Below are positions 13,166 to 25,271 of a stretch of 64,000 nt of DNA, piece by piece (the first letter of the stretch is position 1; each line of letters starts with the position of its first letter). The notes beneath the pieces are model-generated. The model was not told where the DNA came from and ran no database searches. It was given only the letters and a program-made list of their open reading frames with translations. Where the stretch lies: assembly GCA_001600815.1 (NCBI GenBank), contig BCKZ01000001.1:292613-356612 (forward strand), written 5' to 3'. The stretch is from Alloascoidea hylecoeti (Eukaryota). The translations under genes and the position numbers were made by a program.

Positions 13166-13321
13166 TTTAAAAAGCATGTATACATTCCTATTTGGGTATT
13201 ATCCAGGTATATTCACCGTAAATATAATAATGTGTAAATATCAGACCGACATTACAGAAAGCCAATGCTAAAATCAAGTCCACCTTCTTGGTGTTTGATA
13301 TTTCAACAACATTAATTCAAC

Positions 13322-14412
13322 ATGGCTAGAGGACCGTTAGTACCACCTACTTCAATAAATATTAAACTTACTAAATGTCGAGGGAGATATAACTTATTGC
13401 TAAGAATGACACACAAACTAAAATAAAAAGCTTTTTCACTTTATTATGAAATATTTAACGCAAACAAATATTAAGATCAAGATGTTTTTACAAAAAGAAA
13501 CTCATACAGAGCCGAAAAAAAAAAAGACTGTTGATACCTCAATTTCCAACTTAGCATTTAATTTCTTCCTCACATTTTGTAGTTTGTTTTTCTTCAACAA
13601 ACTATGTTTAAGCATACTAACGAATATTTTTGAAACTAATTAGAAAGAAGCATTTGAAGAGACTCGCGGCTCCATCCCACTGGATGCTTGACAAGCTATC
13701 TGGAACATATGCTCCAAAACCATCACCAGGTCCACACAAGCAGAGAGAATGTCTTCCTCTTGTTATCTTCATTAGAAACAGACTTAAGTATGCTTTGAAC
13801 GGCCGTGAAGTCAATGCTATTCTTATGCAAAGACATGTTAAGGTCGATGGTAAAGTTAGAACTGACTCTACATACCCAGCTGGTTTTATGGATGTCATTT
13901 CTTTAGATGCTACCAAAGAACACTTCAGATTGGTTTTCGATATCAAGGGAAGATTTGCTGTTCATCGTATTAGTGCTGATGAAGCTTCTTACAAACTTGG
14001 TAAAGTTAAGAGAGTCCAACTTGGAAAGAAGGGAATTCCATACCTTGTCACACATGATGGTAGAACCATCCGTTACCCAGATCCTCAAATCAAGGTTAAC
14101 GACACTGTCAAGATTGATTTAGCCTCAGGTAAAATCACCGATTTCATCAAGTTTGATACTGGTAGACTCGTCTACATTACCGGTGGTCACAATTTGGGAC
14201 GTATTGGTACTATTACCCACCGTGAACGTCATGAAGGTGGTTTTGATATTGTTCATGTTAAAGATTCTTTAGACAATAGTTTCGTTACACGTTTGTCTAA
14301 CGTTTTCGTCATTGGACCTGAAGCTGGTAAACCATACATTTCATTACCAAAGGGCAAGGGTATTAAATTGTCTATTGCTGAGGAAAGAGACAGAAGAAGA
14401 AATGCTGCTTAA
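13322..14412 (+). CDS. RPS4: 40S ribosomal protein S4 (eS4)
   Basis: Exon 13322-13335 (MARGP), intron 13336-13643 (GTTAGT..TACTAAC..TAG), exon 13644-14412 ([18 protein letters not shown]...). Confidence 0.98.
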
Positions 14413-15059
14413 ATACCGTACAGAATAATGGCACTTTAATTTAATTAAAAAACTCTTACTATATTTCGATTTCAAAATAATTGTAGATTGTGTTATTTCT
14501 CCCATTTATTGATTTGTAGTTCTAAATCAAGGAATATTTCCCCATATGCTGTATGTATATTTTTTGCAATTGTTACTAAGTGGTTTTATCAATTGTTACA
14601 GTAACTTGCAATTATATCAACACTACAAACACTATTACATTGGCTTCATATGATATTACTTGTTAATACTCTGACATGTTTTCTAATTCTTGGTAGTTCT
14701 ATTGCAATGCGGAGATGTCCAGCTTGTCCAACTGGGTTGTTGTTACGAACTTAACTTTGGCGCTATAAATTTTTGAGCCGTCAATAGTCGTGCTGTATCA
14801 AGTATCGATTCATATAATACCAATCTCGATATATATATATCTTTACGGAGGTTTCAGACGTACTACTACATCAAATAATTGGCATGTGTTGAACATATTT
14901 AATGATAGATACCGTGATGGTTAATATATTGTTTCTTGTAAAGGAAAGCTTAATTAATTTGTTCCCTGCAACCTTAAAATGTACCTTATAAGAACTTCTC
15001 TTGCTCCTCATACCGCCTGTTTTCTTCTTTACTGTTCTTTTTAAGCAAATACTATCACT

Positions 15060-16726
15060 ATGACTTCAAGGTAAATACAAATATTGAATGGGGTTATAAC
15101 TAATAACGACTTAATTCAATGGGACTAACAAAATAATTGCCAGATATCGCGTTGAATGTATGTTTTTTTCAGACAAATCCCATTATGGTGATCTAATTAT
15201 TCAATCATAAGATGCTCTCAAAACCCATAGAAGAGATGAATTTATCGAATGGATTAAAGGATTATTAGCAGTATGTATTTAGATCAATAAACATCAAAGC
15301 CTTGAAGTAGAATGATGAATGAATAACATCTTATAATAGGTTCCATTTGTGTTACATGCTGGAAGAGGTACAGGTGTCCTTCGTACCATTAGTGAGGCAG
15401 CAAAAGTATCAGCAGATGCTAGAAGAAGATATGCTGAGATATTCTATGATGTTGAAAAATTTATTGAAGGCCACAGTAAGTGAGATTTTACTTTTCATAA
15501 ATGTTGCAAGATCTAATACATTAATGTTTTTAGTTGAACAAGAACAAAAAGGGGAACCATCAAGATTAAAACAACTCGTACCAACTGTTGGACAATTTTT
15601 TACAGAACTTCCTTTAGAAAGAGCATTTTATGCTGAAGATGAAAGGAGATCAATTTCATTAAGAAGATTAGTGAGCCCTAGTTTTAATGATATTAGAAAT
15701 ATTTTAAGTACTGCTCAAATTATGGCACTTGCTACAGCTAAGGAAAAATTAAAATTAATTACTTTTGATGGTGATGTCACTCTTGTAAGTAAATATTGGG
15801 TTTACAATTAAATAAGTTAATTATATTAACTTTTTCTTGTTTCTCTCTACTTTTAGTACGAAGATGGTGCCTCGATTACTGAAGATTCACCAATGGTTCC
15901 ATTATTATTGAATCTATTGAAAGCAGATATCTATGTGGGAATCGTAACAGCAGTAAGTAAAAAAATTACATTTCACCTATCATTAATTTTAAAATGAAAA
16001 CAATTTAATAATCGTAATTATTATATATAGGCGGGGTATTCTGAAGTTGATGGTAAACGATATACAGAAAGACTTTATGGATTAATCAAAGCAATTAGAG
16101 AGAGTCCAGATTTAACAGATGAACAGAGATCGAATTTGTTAATTATGGGCGGTGAAGCAAACTTTTTATTTAGATATTCAACTGAAGAACAGAGATTGGT
16201 TTACATAGAACCTGATCAATGGCTACTTAAAGAAATGGCAGATTGGGATCCACTTGATATCAATAGAATTCTTGATGTTGGTGAACAAACACTGAGTAAC
16301 TTCATCAAGAATTTCAATATTCCAGCTACAATTGTCAGAAAAGAAAAATCTGTTGGTATGATTCCTTTACCAGGTAAGAGAATTATTCGTGAGCAATTGG
16401 AAGAAGTAGTCTTAAGTGTACAGAAAAGAGTGGAGAGATTAGATGCAGCCCAAAGAGTCCAATTCTGTGCTTTCAATGGTGGTAGAGATGTTTGGGTTGA
16501 TGTTGGAGATAAGAAATTAGGAGTTCAAAGTCTTCAAAAATATTTAGGAGGTATTCCAGGAAGGTTAACTTTACACGTTGGTGATCAATTTGCAACTTTG
16601 GGAGCAAATGATTTTAAGGCTAGATTAGCGGCTTGTACAGTTTGGATTGCAAGTCCTCAAGAAACAGTTGTTGTTTTGGAAGATTTCTTAAAGTATTTAG
16701 AAGAATACGAATCAATTCGGCTTTAA
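15060..16726 (+). CDS. ISN1: IMP-specific 5'-nucleotidase
   Basis: Seven exons (15060-15070, 15144-15157, 15212-15270, 15340-15475, 15534-15784, 15857-15952, 16031-16726) give MTSRYRVEYALKTHRRDEFIEWIKGLLAVPFVLH, the HAD motif TFDGDVTLYEDG and LHVGDQF. Confidence 0.96.
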
Positions 16727-17425
16727 TTCGTATAGTAAATAATATATTAGCTTAATCATAGACTTATATTAGTGATCTTCTTACATCCCAAAAATACTTG
16801 ATTGTAAAGTCAGTCATATAGGATAGATGGAGATCCTACTATCATCTTCACATATTCATAATATGCCCAAAACACGATGATGCAGATGTTACATCATGAT
16901 ATACCCCATGTATCATCATGTGAAATTCCTTAAAAGCAGTAACATTCGAACCTCAATTGCCACCGGAAATAACAAGACTCGAGGGCAATGATCTAAAATT
17001 CGGAGTCTTTTAAATAGGTGTATATAAGGTATCCAAGGATATCTGCTTCTATAGCCATGGATAATATGTATCTTTCATTAATGCTATATCTAAGCTATGA
17101 TCTAAAAATTATATAAATGATCAGAAAGTATTACTTAATTATAGTTTATGATTGGTTTAAAACTCACTATCTAATTTTTTTTTTCATCATAGCAATGAAT
17201 TGAAGCACACGTGTGACAAGTGGGATCCCACTAAAAAAAATTGCATGGAGGTTGAACCTCTTCGCAGCACCCATTTAAATTTCTGGTTAATCCACTTTTC
17301 TTCTTCTTCCACCTTTTTTTTTTTTATTCGGCCTTTATCTAATTTATAGACAATTGCCACTTTAACTATCATCACCACACTTTGTTTGTATACTGAATCT
17401 AAGTGTGATCCACTATTAAACATAG

Positions 17426-18436
17426 ATGATAGACCCGTTTCTCTACCTATTGGGGTATGTATGCTTTGTTATCTCCCGCATCGCCCCATCCCCGCTAATC
17501 TTTAGTTTGCTTTGTTAATCTGAAACTAACCCAACGATTTTTATTATCAATAGGTTTATTATCTCAGTCGTTTTCCCCGTTTACGCCTCTTATAAGGCTC
17601 TCAAAGAAAATGATCAAGGCTTACTAAGACCATGGCTTATCTATTGGGTCGTCTTCTCCACTCTCACAGCAGCTGAATCCATTTTTGGTTTGGTTCTTCA
17701 ATTTATTCCTTTTTATAGCTTTATACGCCTCTATGTACTCATCTGGTTGGTTTTGCCACAATCAAAAGGTGCGGTGTTTATATACACAAATTATTTGAAA
17801 CCATATTTGGAAATTCATGAGCAACAAATTGAAGGTGGTATTGATGATTGGTACATTCTGGCTAGAGGTTACATCAAAGGAGGACTTGAAAAGGCCCTTA
17901 GTTTGATAAAGGAATTCATATTTAGTATTCCCGAAACATCAGATCATACTTCTTTCTTGGGAAAGTCTGCAGAACCTTCTCCAAATTTATCTAACTCTAT
18001 CACCGATTCTATCTTATCTCAATTCAAAAACTCGGATGCAAAAACAGATATAAATACTGGCTTCCTTCAGAGCATTCTTTCTACCTTTAATGGTTTTAAT
18101 TCCTCGAATGAAGCTTCATCTTCAAGTCCAGTGATCGATAGTAAACAATCTCAATTATTTGAGGCATCAAATTTGGCGGATGCTGCAGTCACAGCCATAT
18201 CTTTAGCCTCTACTGTTTCTAAGGATTTATTCACTAAAGAAATTGTATCTGATGATGCAAGTGTTGAAAAGAATTTAGATAATCTCGAGTTCGACGTTGT
18301 TAAGCATGATGAAATACCCTCAACCATCAAGCGCAGTGGCGCGGAGATCAACGAATCTACAAATACTAGCTCCAGAAAACAATCATGGCGTGAATGGGCC
18401 TTAGGCTCATCTAAAACAGAAAAAGAAGATCAATAA
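17426..18436 (+). CDS. TB2/DP1/HVA22 (REEP1-4/Yep1/Atg40-like) ER-shaping protein
   Basis: Exon 17426-17454, intron 17455-17553, exon 17554-18436. Motifs FPVYASYKAL...PWLIYWVV and WLVLPQSKGA..IY..YLKP. Confidence 0.88.
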
Positions 18437-19579
18437 AATTCTTAATTAAAAATTAACACATTTTTATTATTTTTATTTTATTATTTTTTATTTTGATTTC
18501 TATGCCTATGTTTATGTTTATGTTTATGTTTTCTTTTTTTTTTCACTAATATTTTTATATGGGTTCATTTCTTCTTGCCCTCTTTGTATGGTTTTATGCT
18601 TTCTCTCTTTTTTATTTATATGTTCTATCGCTTAATTTAGGGTATCTTTTTTTCTTTGGGGCCGATCTATGGGAGATTATGACGATGAATGACGGAATAT
18701 TTAGGCTGATTTTTACTTTCTTTCGTAAGTTCATAACCAACAATAATCAATCGATTTTTGGTTTGTCATGATTTTTAAATTTTATAGATAGATCATGTCT
18801 ATAATATTTTTCTTATTATATGCATAATATAATAATTTCTTTTATATTTATATGATCCTTGTTGTAATTATAACAATGGCACCTGTAAATCTACGTATCG
18901 TAAAGTTAACTGTAGTTTAAGCTATACCTGATTTCTGCGTCAAGAAGTTGGGATATATCAATTTTAACCTATTCTTGATCATTACAATCAATATTAGCTA
19001 TCATTTTGAATAGCGGGTTTATTGATATTTTAATTGAAGGGTATTATCGCTAGGAGGGCTCAAACAAGATATCCTGAGGTGATCTAGTGAGACATCTGAT
19101 CATTAAGACATACGCATTGTCTTATATGTATTTGTTAGAAGTTGGAACTCAATTGCAAATCATTAGATATTAGTTATATAAGATATTATAGAGAGAGGTA
19201 TCATAGATAATGCAACAATAATTGATTGTCATATTATATACAAAATTCTTGCTGCCTGCTACAAGAATATAAAGCAAAATACAATGGCCGAATATATTAT
19301 AAGGATCATATATGACATTATTAAACTACGGTTTTGTTAAGGTGTTACAAATGTAGTGATACTAAAGTGTTACATTGCTATTTCTAACTTTTGGAGGTAC
19401 TATGTATAAATAACAATCATATACTGTACAAATAAGGTAAAAAACCTATTAGAGCTTCATTTCATACTCTTCCTTGTGCGTAGTTTTATAGAAATAACAC
19501 CATATTTAGAACTACGTATGATAGAAGAAATTTATTGAAAAGAGACTGGCACTTCACTTTTGGATTTAAATATAACAGT

Positions 19580-20455
19580 CGAAGTACCACTGATTAATTA
19601 ATGAACAGTACTAATCTACAGAACTTTAGATAATAATCCAATTATTTAACACTTGTCGCGGATATATGAATTCATACTGTATAATTGAAAGCCTTCAAAA
19701 TCTCTGGATAGAGATTTCTCTTCAATTGCTATTACTGTGATCTTATCTAATTTAGTCTGAATCTGAATCTGTTTTCGGTTTAACCTTCATATAAGCCTAG
19801 TTACATATATCTACTATTATATCTAGTTCTTTGCAATTGAGGAATAATATATAGGTTCTATCTAGTTGATAGTTATATACACCCCGCACCCATTAATTGA
19901 AAAAGTGTACGGTATTATAGATGTATGTTTTGTTCGCATATTACAACACGATGGCAAAAAAATATGTATAAATTTAAAAGTTTTCTTTTGGAAATTCTTT
20001 CTTTAGATTTATTTGTTATATCTTTTTTTTTTCAATCGAGTGGTCCAAGCTAACAGGTAAACACTTACACATGTTGATTCTTAAAACCCTGTTATACCAT
20101 CCATGGTAGTTGATCAATTAATATATCCATGCATTTTTAACTGCGCTTTCTTTTTTTATTCCAGTAACTTTATTTAATATAAATTTTCAGAAGAAAGATA
20201 ATAAATCGTTAAATCTTACAATATATTAACATTAATTAAGCAATGTTATTTGCAAATTTTCTGATGACTCACTCGAATCTTTTGTTATTGTCATAATTGC
20301 AACTACGATGTTGTGACCCTCGCAAAGCATAAAAAAACACCCGCCCGATTAGGAATGGTTATAGTTATAATTAAATCTACAAAGGCTAGTATAAAATTAA
20401 TTATTCTATTTTACTTGATACTCATCTGTTAATAAAAGTAACTGTTTAGATTGAG
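19580..20455. repeat. Diverged direct repeat, copy 1 (partner at 21455-22265)
   Basis: Collinear shared blocks include CAGTACTAATC, TCTAGTTCTTTGCAATTGA, AAAAAATATGTATAAATTTA, TTGCAACTACGATGTTGTGACCC and TTATAGTTATAATTAA. Confidence 0.85.
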
Positions 20456-20809
20456 ATGAAGTTTCAAATTACTGTGTGAAAAAATTACGTATCTTATTCA
20501 GACTCCTAAAAATAAATGGCAATATTATAACCAGCCACTAAATACTCTAGAAGGTCTTAAACTGTTTTTAAAGTACCTCATAATGTTCCGCAGATACTAG
20601 ATATTATATTAGCTATAGTGTGCGTACCTAAAATGAAATTATAACTCTACTGTTTACTGGTGTTGACTTGGCACCGCTAACCATATAAACAGCTAGAAGG
20701 ACCCTAAAGTCAATATTATCAATGATATCCTGATACATGAGGTCCCAACATTTTGAAAGAGACTTAAACATCAGCTCTTTCTTCATTGGGCGATGAACTT
20801 TTTGAGGAA

Positions 20810-21320
20810 ATGGACTCAACATGGGTTCAAATGGGGTGAAGAAGGAGCAACAACTCTATCTCCTTGTCACAAAACCAATTCATCGCAATCACATCTTTAT
20901 AGTTAAGTGTGTATCCTTTAAGAATACGATACCCTCAGGAATCTCATCAAAGACCTCTTCCAGAAGTTTCATGTACATTTCTTTTTTCTACTATTAGGAT
21001 CACCAGTCACTCTATATTTAAAGTGCAACGCGGTCTCTTTTCCAAATTTCAGTTCATACCATAATATATACAGACCCAGACTTCTTCCCATCCAGAAAAT
21101 GTCATTACATGCTGATTTATGTTTTTGCAGAATGGCGTTTGATATTCTACTGTTGAAATTAGAAGCCAGTTCCTCAAACGTATTCAAGGATAAAGCTTTT
21201 GAAAGGAATTTGATTTAAAGTATTTAGACTCTTTTGTTCAAGGGGGTGCTATGTTTGAAAAGTTGTTGGTGTATTTCTTTATAGTGAACTGCGCCTTCTA
21301 CCAATATTGGGATACTGAGA
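20810..21320 (-). mobile_element. Tc1/mariner (DD34E-type) transposase relic
   Basis: Frameshifted fragments occur in the correct order: VWVCIYYG, KEMYMKLLEEV..GIVFLKD, NWFCDKEIELL, PSSPHLNP (compare VWGCIS / FQQDN / WP--SPDLNPIE). Confidence 0.7.
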
Positions 21321-21454
21321 TGCAATTTTTAGTCAAATTACATATTTCAATTCGCTGATGACGACTACAAATGCCTTTTAAAATCAGAATAATAATTCCT
21401 GAAATCTTACTTAATGGAATTATGGAAGTCATTCTATGGTATACTTAAGAACAC

Positions 21455-22265
21455 TTGAAGCACTAATTAATTAAAATATGAACTCTAAATAAATGGACTA
21501 GACAGTACTAATCAACAAAACTTTAGATAAGAATCTATTTATATGTGAATTCGTACCGTATAATTGAGAGTTTTTAATACGTGTAGATAGAGATCGTCAC
21601 TCAATTGCAATTATTGTGATCTCATCTGATTTTAATGATTTGGTCTGGATCTGAATATGATTCAGATTTTATATAAGTTATATGTAGCGTCTAGTTCTTT
21701 GCAATTGAAAAGAAGAATTTAATTATAAGACTTATACCTGTATATCTAGCTAGCTGTGTAGCTATGTTAATTGAGAAAAGTGTACTGTATTACATGTAGA
21801 ATATGGTGGCCAAAAAAATATGTATAAATTTAGAGCTTCTCCAGCTTGTCCGGTCCAACTAGTCCAGCTTGTCCGAGATGCCCGAGATGTACAACACTCC
21901 ACTGCAGGTTCTACTTGACCAAGAGGTTCGATTTATAGTCAAATGATTATACCGAATATCGCATACTTAACTGATCATGATTTTTATTGCATATAAACAT
22001 TCGGGAGAAAGAAAAGAAATCGTTAAATTTCGCAATATATTAATATTAACATTAATCAAGCATTTTATTTGCCAAGTTTCTGATAGCTTATTCGAACCTT
22101 TTGTAATTATTGCAACTACGATGTTGTGACCCCCACAAAACAATAAAAATATATACCATCTCAATAAGGAATCTTTATAGTTATAATTAATTTTACAAAG
22201 GTTACTATAATATCAATTATTCTATTTTATTTAATACTTATTTATTGATAAATAGCTGTTTACGT
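21455..22265. repeat. Diverged direct repeat, copy 2
   Basis: Same blocks as 19580-20455. The central part (about 21832-22005) differs and contains TCCAGCTTGTCC twice. Confidence 0.85.
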
Positions 22266-22653
22266 TGTGGCTGAAGTCTTGAATGCAGCTCTAATAAAAT
22301 TGAACATGAAAGATGGATAATTAACGAGACCGGTCAAATAATTATAAGTTACAAGGTTAATAAGTAATAAGTATATATAAGATATATGGTTACTACTCTT
22401 ATAAATACCAAAAGGAAATAATGAACCTCAGATAGTTAACGTTACTAAATAAGCACATATATATTTATGAAATATCTATATAATTGAATGTACTTATAAC
22501 CAGGAAAAGAATAATGATGTGAATTATATATCAGTTTTATTTACAAATGATGTACGTACCATTATTGATTAATATTCATATTTGCAAAAATAATGGTTCC
22601 ATTTCATATCATCAGGTATATACTAGAACCATTATATAATTTATCTTTAGATT

Positions 22654-23439
22654 CTATTTTGCTTCTTTATCTTTTATGTATCTCATAATAATAGCATTTT
22701 TAACTTCACTCTGAACATTTCTATCATGTGAACTGAGTTTATTTTTTAATTGTCTTTTAACTTTTTCAGGAATAAATGGTTCTGGTGCTGCAACATAAGG
22801 ACCCAAGGCACCATCGAAACTTGAAGGTGGTTTTAAAAGATCAGAACCTATTCTTTGTACATCAGAAGCATATTTTCGTAATTCTTTACCTTTTCCAACA
22901 CCCCATGGTGATAAATCTTCTGGTTCTTCAGGCCATATGAATGGATGCTCCATTTCAATAATCATTTTTTTAATTTGTGGTGTTCTATAACGAGGGAGTG
23001 CTGGTGTATCTCTTTTCCAACTACCTGGAGTTACTATTGTTCTAACAGAAAGTGCTCTTAATCCATAAATATGATACAAATAATCTCTAAAATCCAATTT
23101 GTTGAAAGTTCTTGGAACGATGAATTGTGCTTGATATGGTGTATATTTAGCATATGGTTTCAATAAAATAACTCTTGCGTATGGAAAAAAGATTTTTTGT
23201 TCACCAACTCTGAAATGTTCTTTTCCTTCTTCAATACCTTTTTTAGCTCTATGAACAATCTTTTCTGCAACATTTCTTGGAATAATTTCAGATTCTTTAT
23301 TCTGATTTTCAGATTCAGAGTGATCAAGAAATGATTGGGCTCGATATGCATCAACAGTTTGAGATTTAGGTACCGATTCCGACACAGTGGCCAATGATCT
23401 CGATAGAGTTTTAATATTGTTAAGCGTTAGACGAGGCAT
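22654..23439 (-). CDS. MRP20: Mitochondrial large-subunit ribosomal protein uL23m
   Basis: Presequence-like N-terminus; FRVGEQKIFFP, QAQFIVPRTFNKLDFRDYLYHIYGL, KKMIIEMEHPFIWP. Confidence 0.9.
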   Translation of the reverse strand: MPRLTLNNIKTLSRSLATVSESVPKSQTVDAYRAQSFLDHSESENQNKESEIIPRNVAEKIVHRAKKGIEEGKEHFRVGEQKIFFPYARVILLKPYAKYTPYQAQFIVPRTFNKLDFRDYLYHIYGLRALSVRTIVTPGSWKRDTPALPRYRTPQIKKMIIEMEHPFIWPEEPEDLSPWGVGKGKELRKYASDVQRIGSDLLKPPSSFDGALGPYVAAPEPFIPEKVKRQLKNKLSSHDRNVQSEVKNAIIMRYIKDKEAK

Positions 23440-24002
23440 ATCAGTGTCGGCCTAATTGTTGGTGATATGAACAAGCTTTGATGAATTAGATTGAAAAATT
23501 GAGGCAAGGCAGGGTAACTATTCTGATTATCATTGATTTTCCAGCCGAATGAGACTTACAACTGCAAGATATTTAGAAGAGAATATTTAAAAAGAATATA
23601 TAGGAGTAAAACTAAACCTCCTTCATATACAACAATAATTACAATGGTAATCATAAATATCAAGTCAGTTGCGCTTTGAAAAACCGATATCGAACAATCT
23701 TTTCAGTTATTAGCAATCTGCATAACTACCAGTCCCACTCACGCGTTTATGCATTTTCTCAAACTTCACTCCCAAACAATTTCAAGCCATCTCGGGTACC
23801 AATAATCTCCAACCGACGCCATTCTTTATAGGTTACATTTTGTCTTTAAAAGACCTATTTATTTTAATAGACGAGAATATTCTGGTTTTAATAGGTCGCG
23901 TGAATATCATTTGGTTATATTCTAATTATTTTACATCTGTTTAAGTATAGGTGCTGAAATTTCCAGCTTTTCTAAAGTTTCAAACCATTATTTCCCCATA
24001 CA

Positions 24003-24859
24003 ATGTTTTTCCTCGTAAGTTATCCATTTCGTTTAGTTTTATTACTAATACATAGCTTTTAATTGCCATCATTTGGAAAACTCTGCGTTGTGGTGATGAT
24101 TAGGTATAATACTAATAACAAAATATTATGAAAACAGAAAGATTTATCACTTAACCTAACACTCCATCCCTCATATTTTGGTCCACAAATGAATCGATAT
24201 TTAAAGGAAAAATTGCTAGCAGATGTTGAAGGTGTGTGTACGGGTCAATTTGGCTATATCATTTGTGTTCTTGATTTTATCAAGATTGATATAGGTAAAG
24301 GTAAAATTATACCTGGTTCTGGGTCTGCAGAGTTTGAAGTTCAATATAGAGCTGTTGTTTGGAAACCTTTTAAAGTATGGATGAATATAATGGTTACCTT
24401 TTTTACCTTAATATTTTGAGTTTGAAACTAATATATATATAAAGGGAGAGGTTGTTGATGCTGTTGTTGCAACAGTTAGCAAGATGGGATTTTTTGCAGA
24501 TGTTGGACCTTTGAGTGTATTTGTTTCTACACATGTAAGTACCTAACCATTATCAATTATTATATTTTGCTTAATAATTTTGCTCATCCTATTTGATTTC
24601 TTATAGCTGATACCTTCGGATATGTCTTATAATCCTACTGCAAATCCACCAGCTTATGTTTCCGATGATCAAATTATTGAAAAGGGAAGCCGAGTACGAC
24701 TGAAAATTGTGGGTACAAGAACAGATGTTAATGAAATTTATGCCATGTATGTGATATTTGGATATTATTTTATTATCTTTGCAAATTTGTTTCTTTACTA
24801 ACCATTTCAATACACACTACAGTGGTAGCATTAAGGAGGATTATTTAGGATCATTATAA
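24003..24859 (+). CDS. RPB7: RNA polymerase II subunit Rpb7
   Basis: Exons 24003-24014, 24138-24374, 24445-24534, 24607-24746, 24823-24859 give [20 protein letters not shown]...WKPFKGEVVDA...[11 protein letters not shown]. Confidence 0.96.
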
Positions 24860-25271
24860 GTTTTATGATTTATAATTAACACTCATATCAATAAAAAGTT
24901 TGAGATTCAATTACATAGTATAATAGTTAGTAGTATTAGAAAAGTTATATGATAAATATGGAAAGAATAATAGTTATTTTAATTACCTGAACGGGTTTTA
25001 TCACGTGCTTTAACAGATACGATAAACGCATAATATTTTCATATGAATACCGTTTTTGGTACACACATTATTTTGGTTGCGTAATTTCAGTCACGCCCAC
25101 ATATATTTATTTTTTCAGATAATTCTATTTTCATTGAAAAAAATCCAACCCGTGGGATTAATATTGAAAAGCAATAGTCTTTTGCTTAATTATCCCTATT
25201 TTTTTACCGTTATATTTCTGATTTTTCTTTCTTTTCATTAATTGAGATTTGAAACATTTGCTTTTTTCAAA

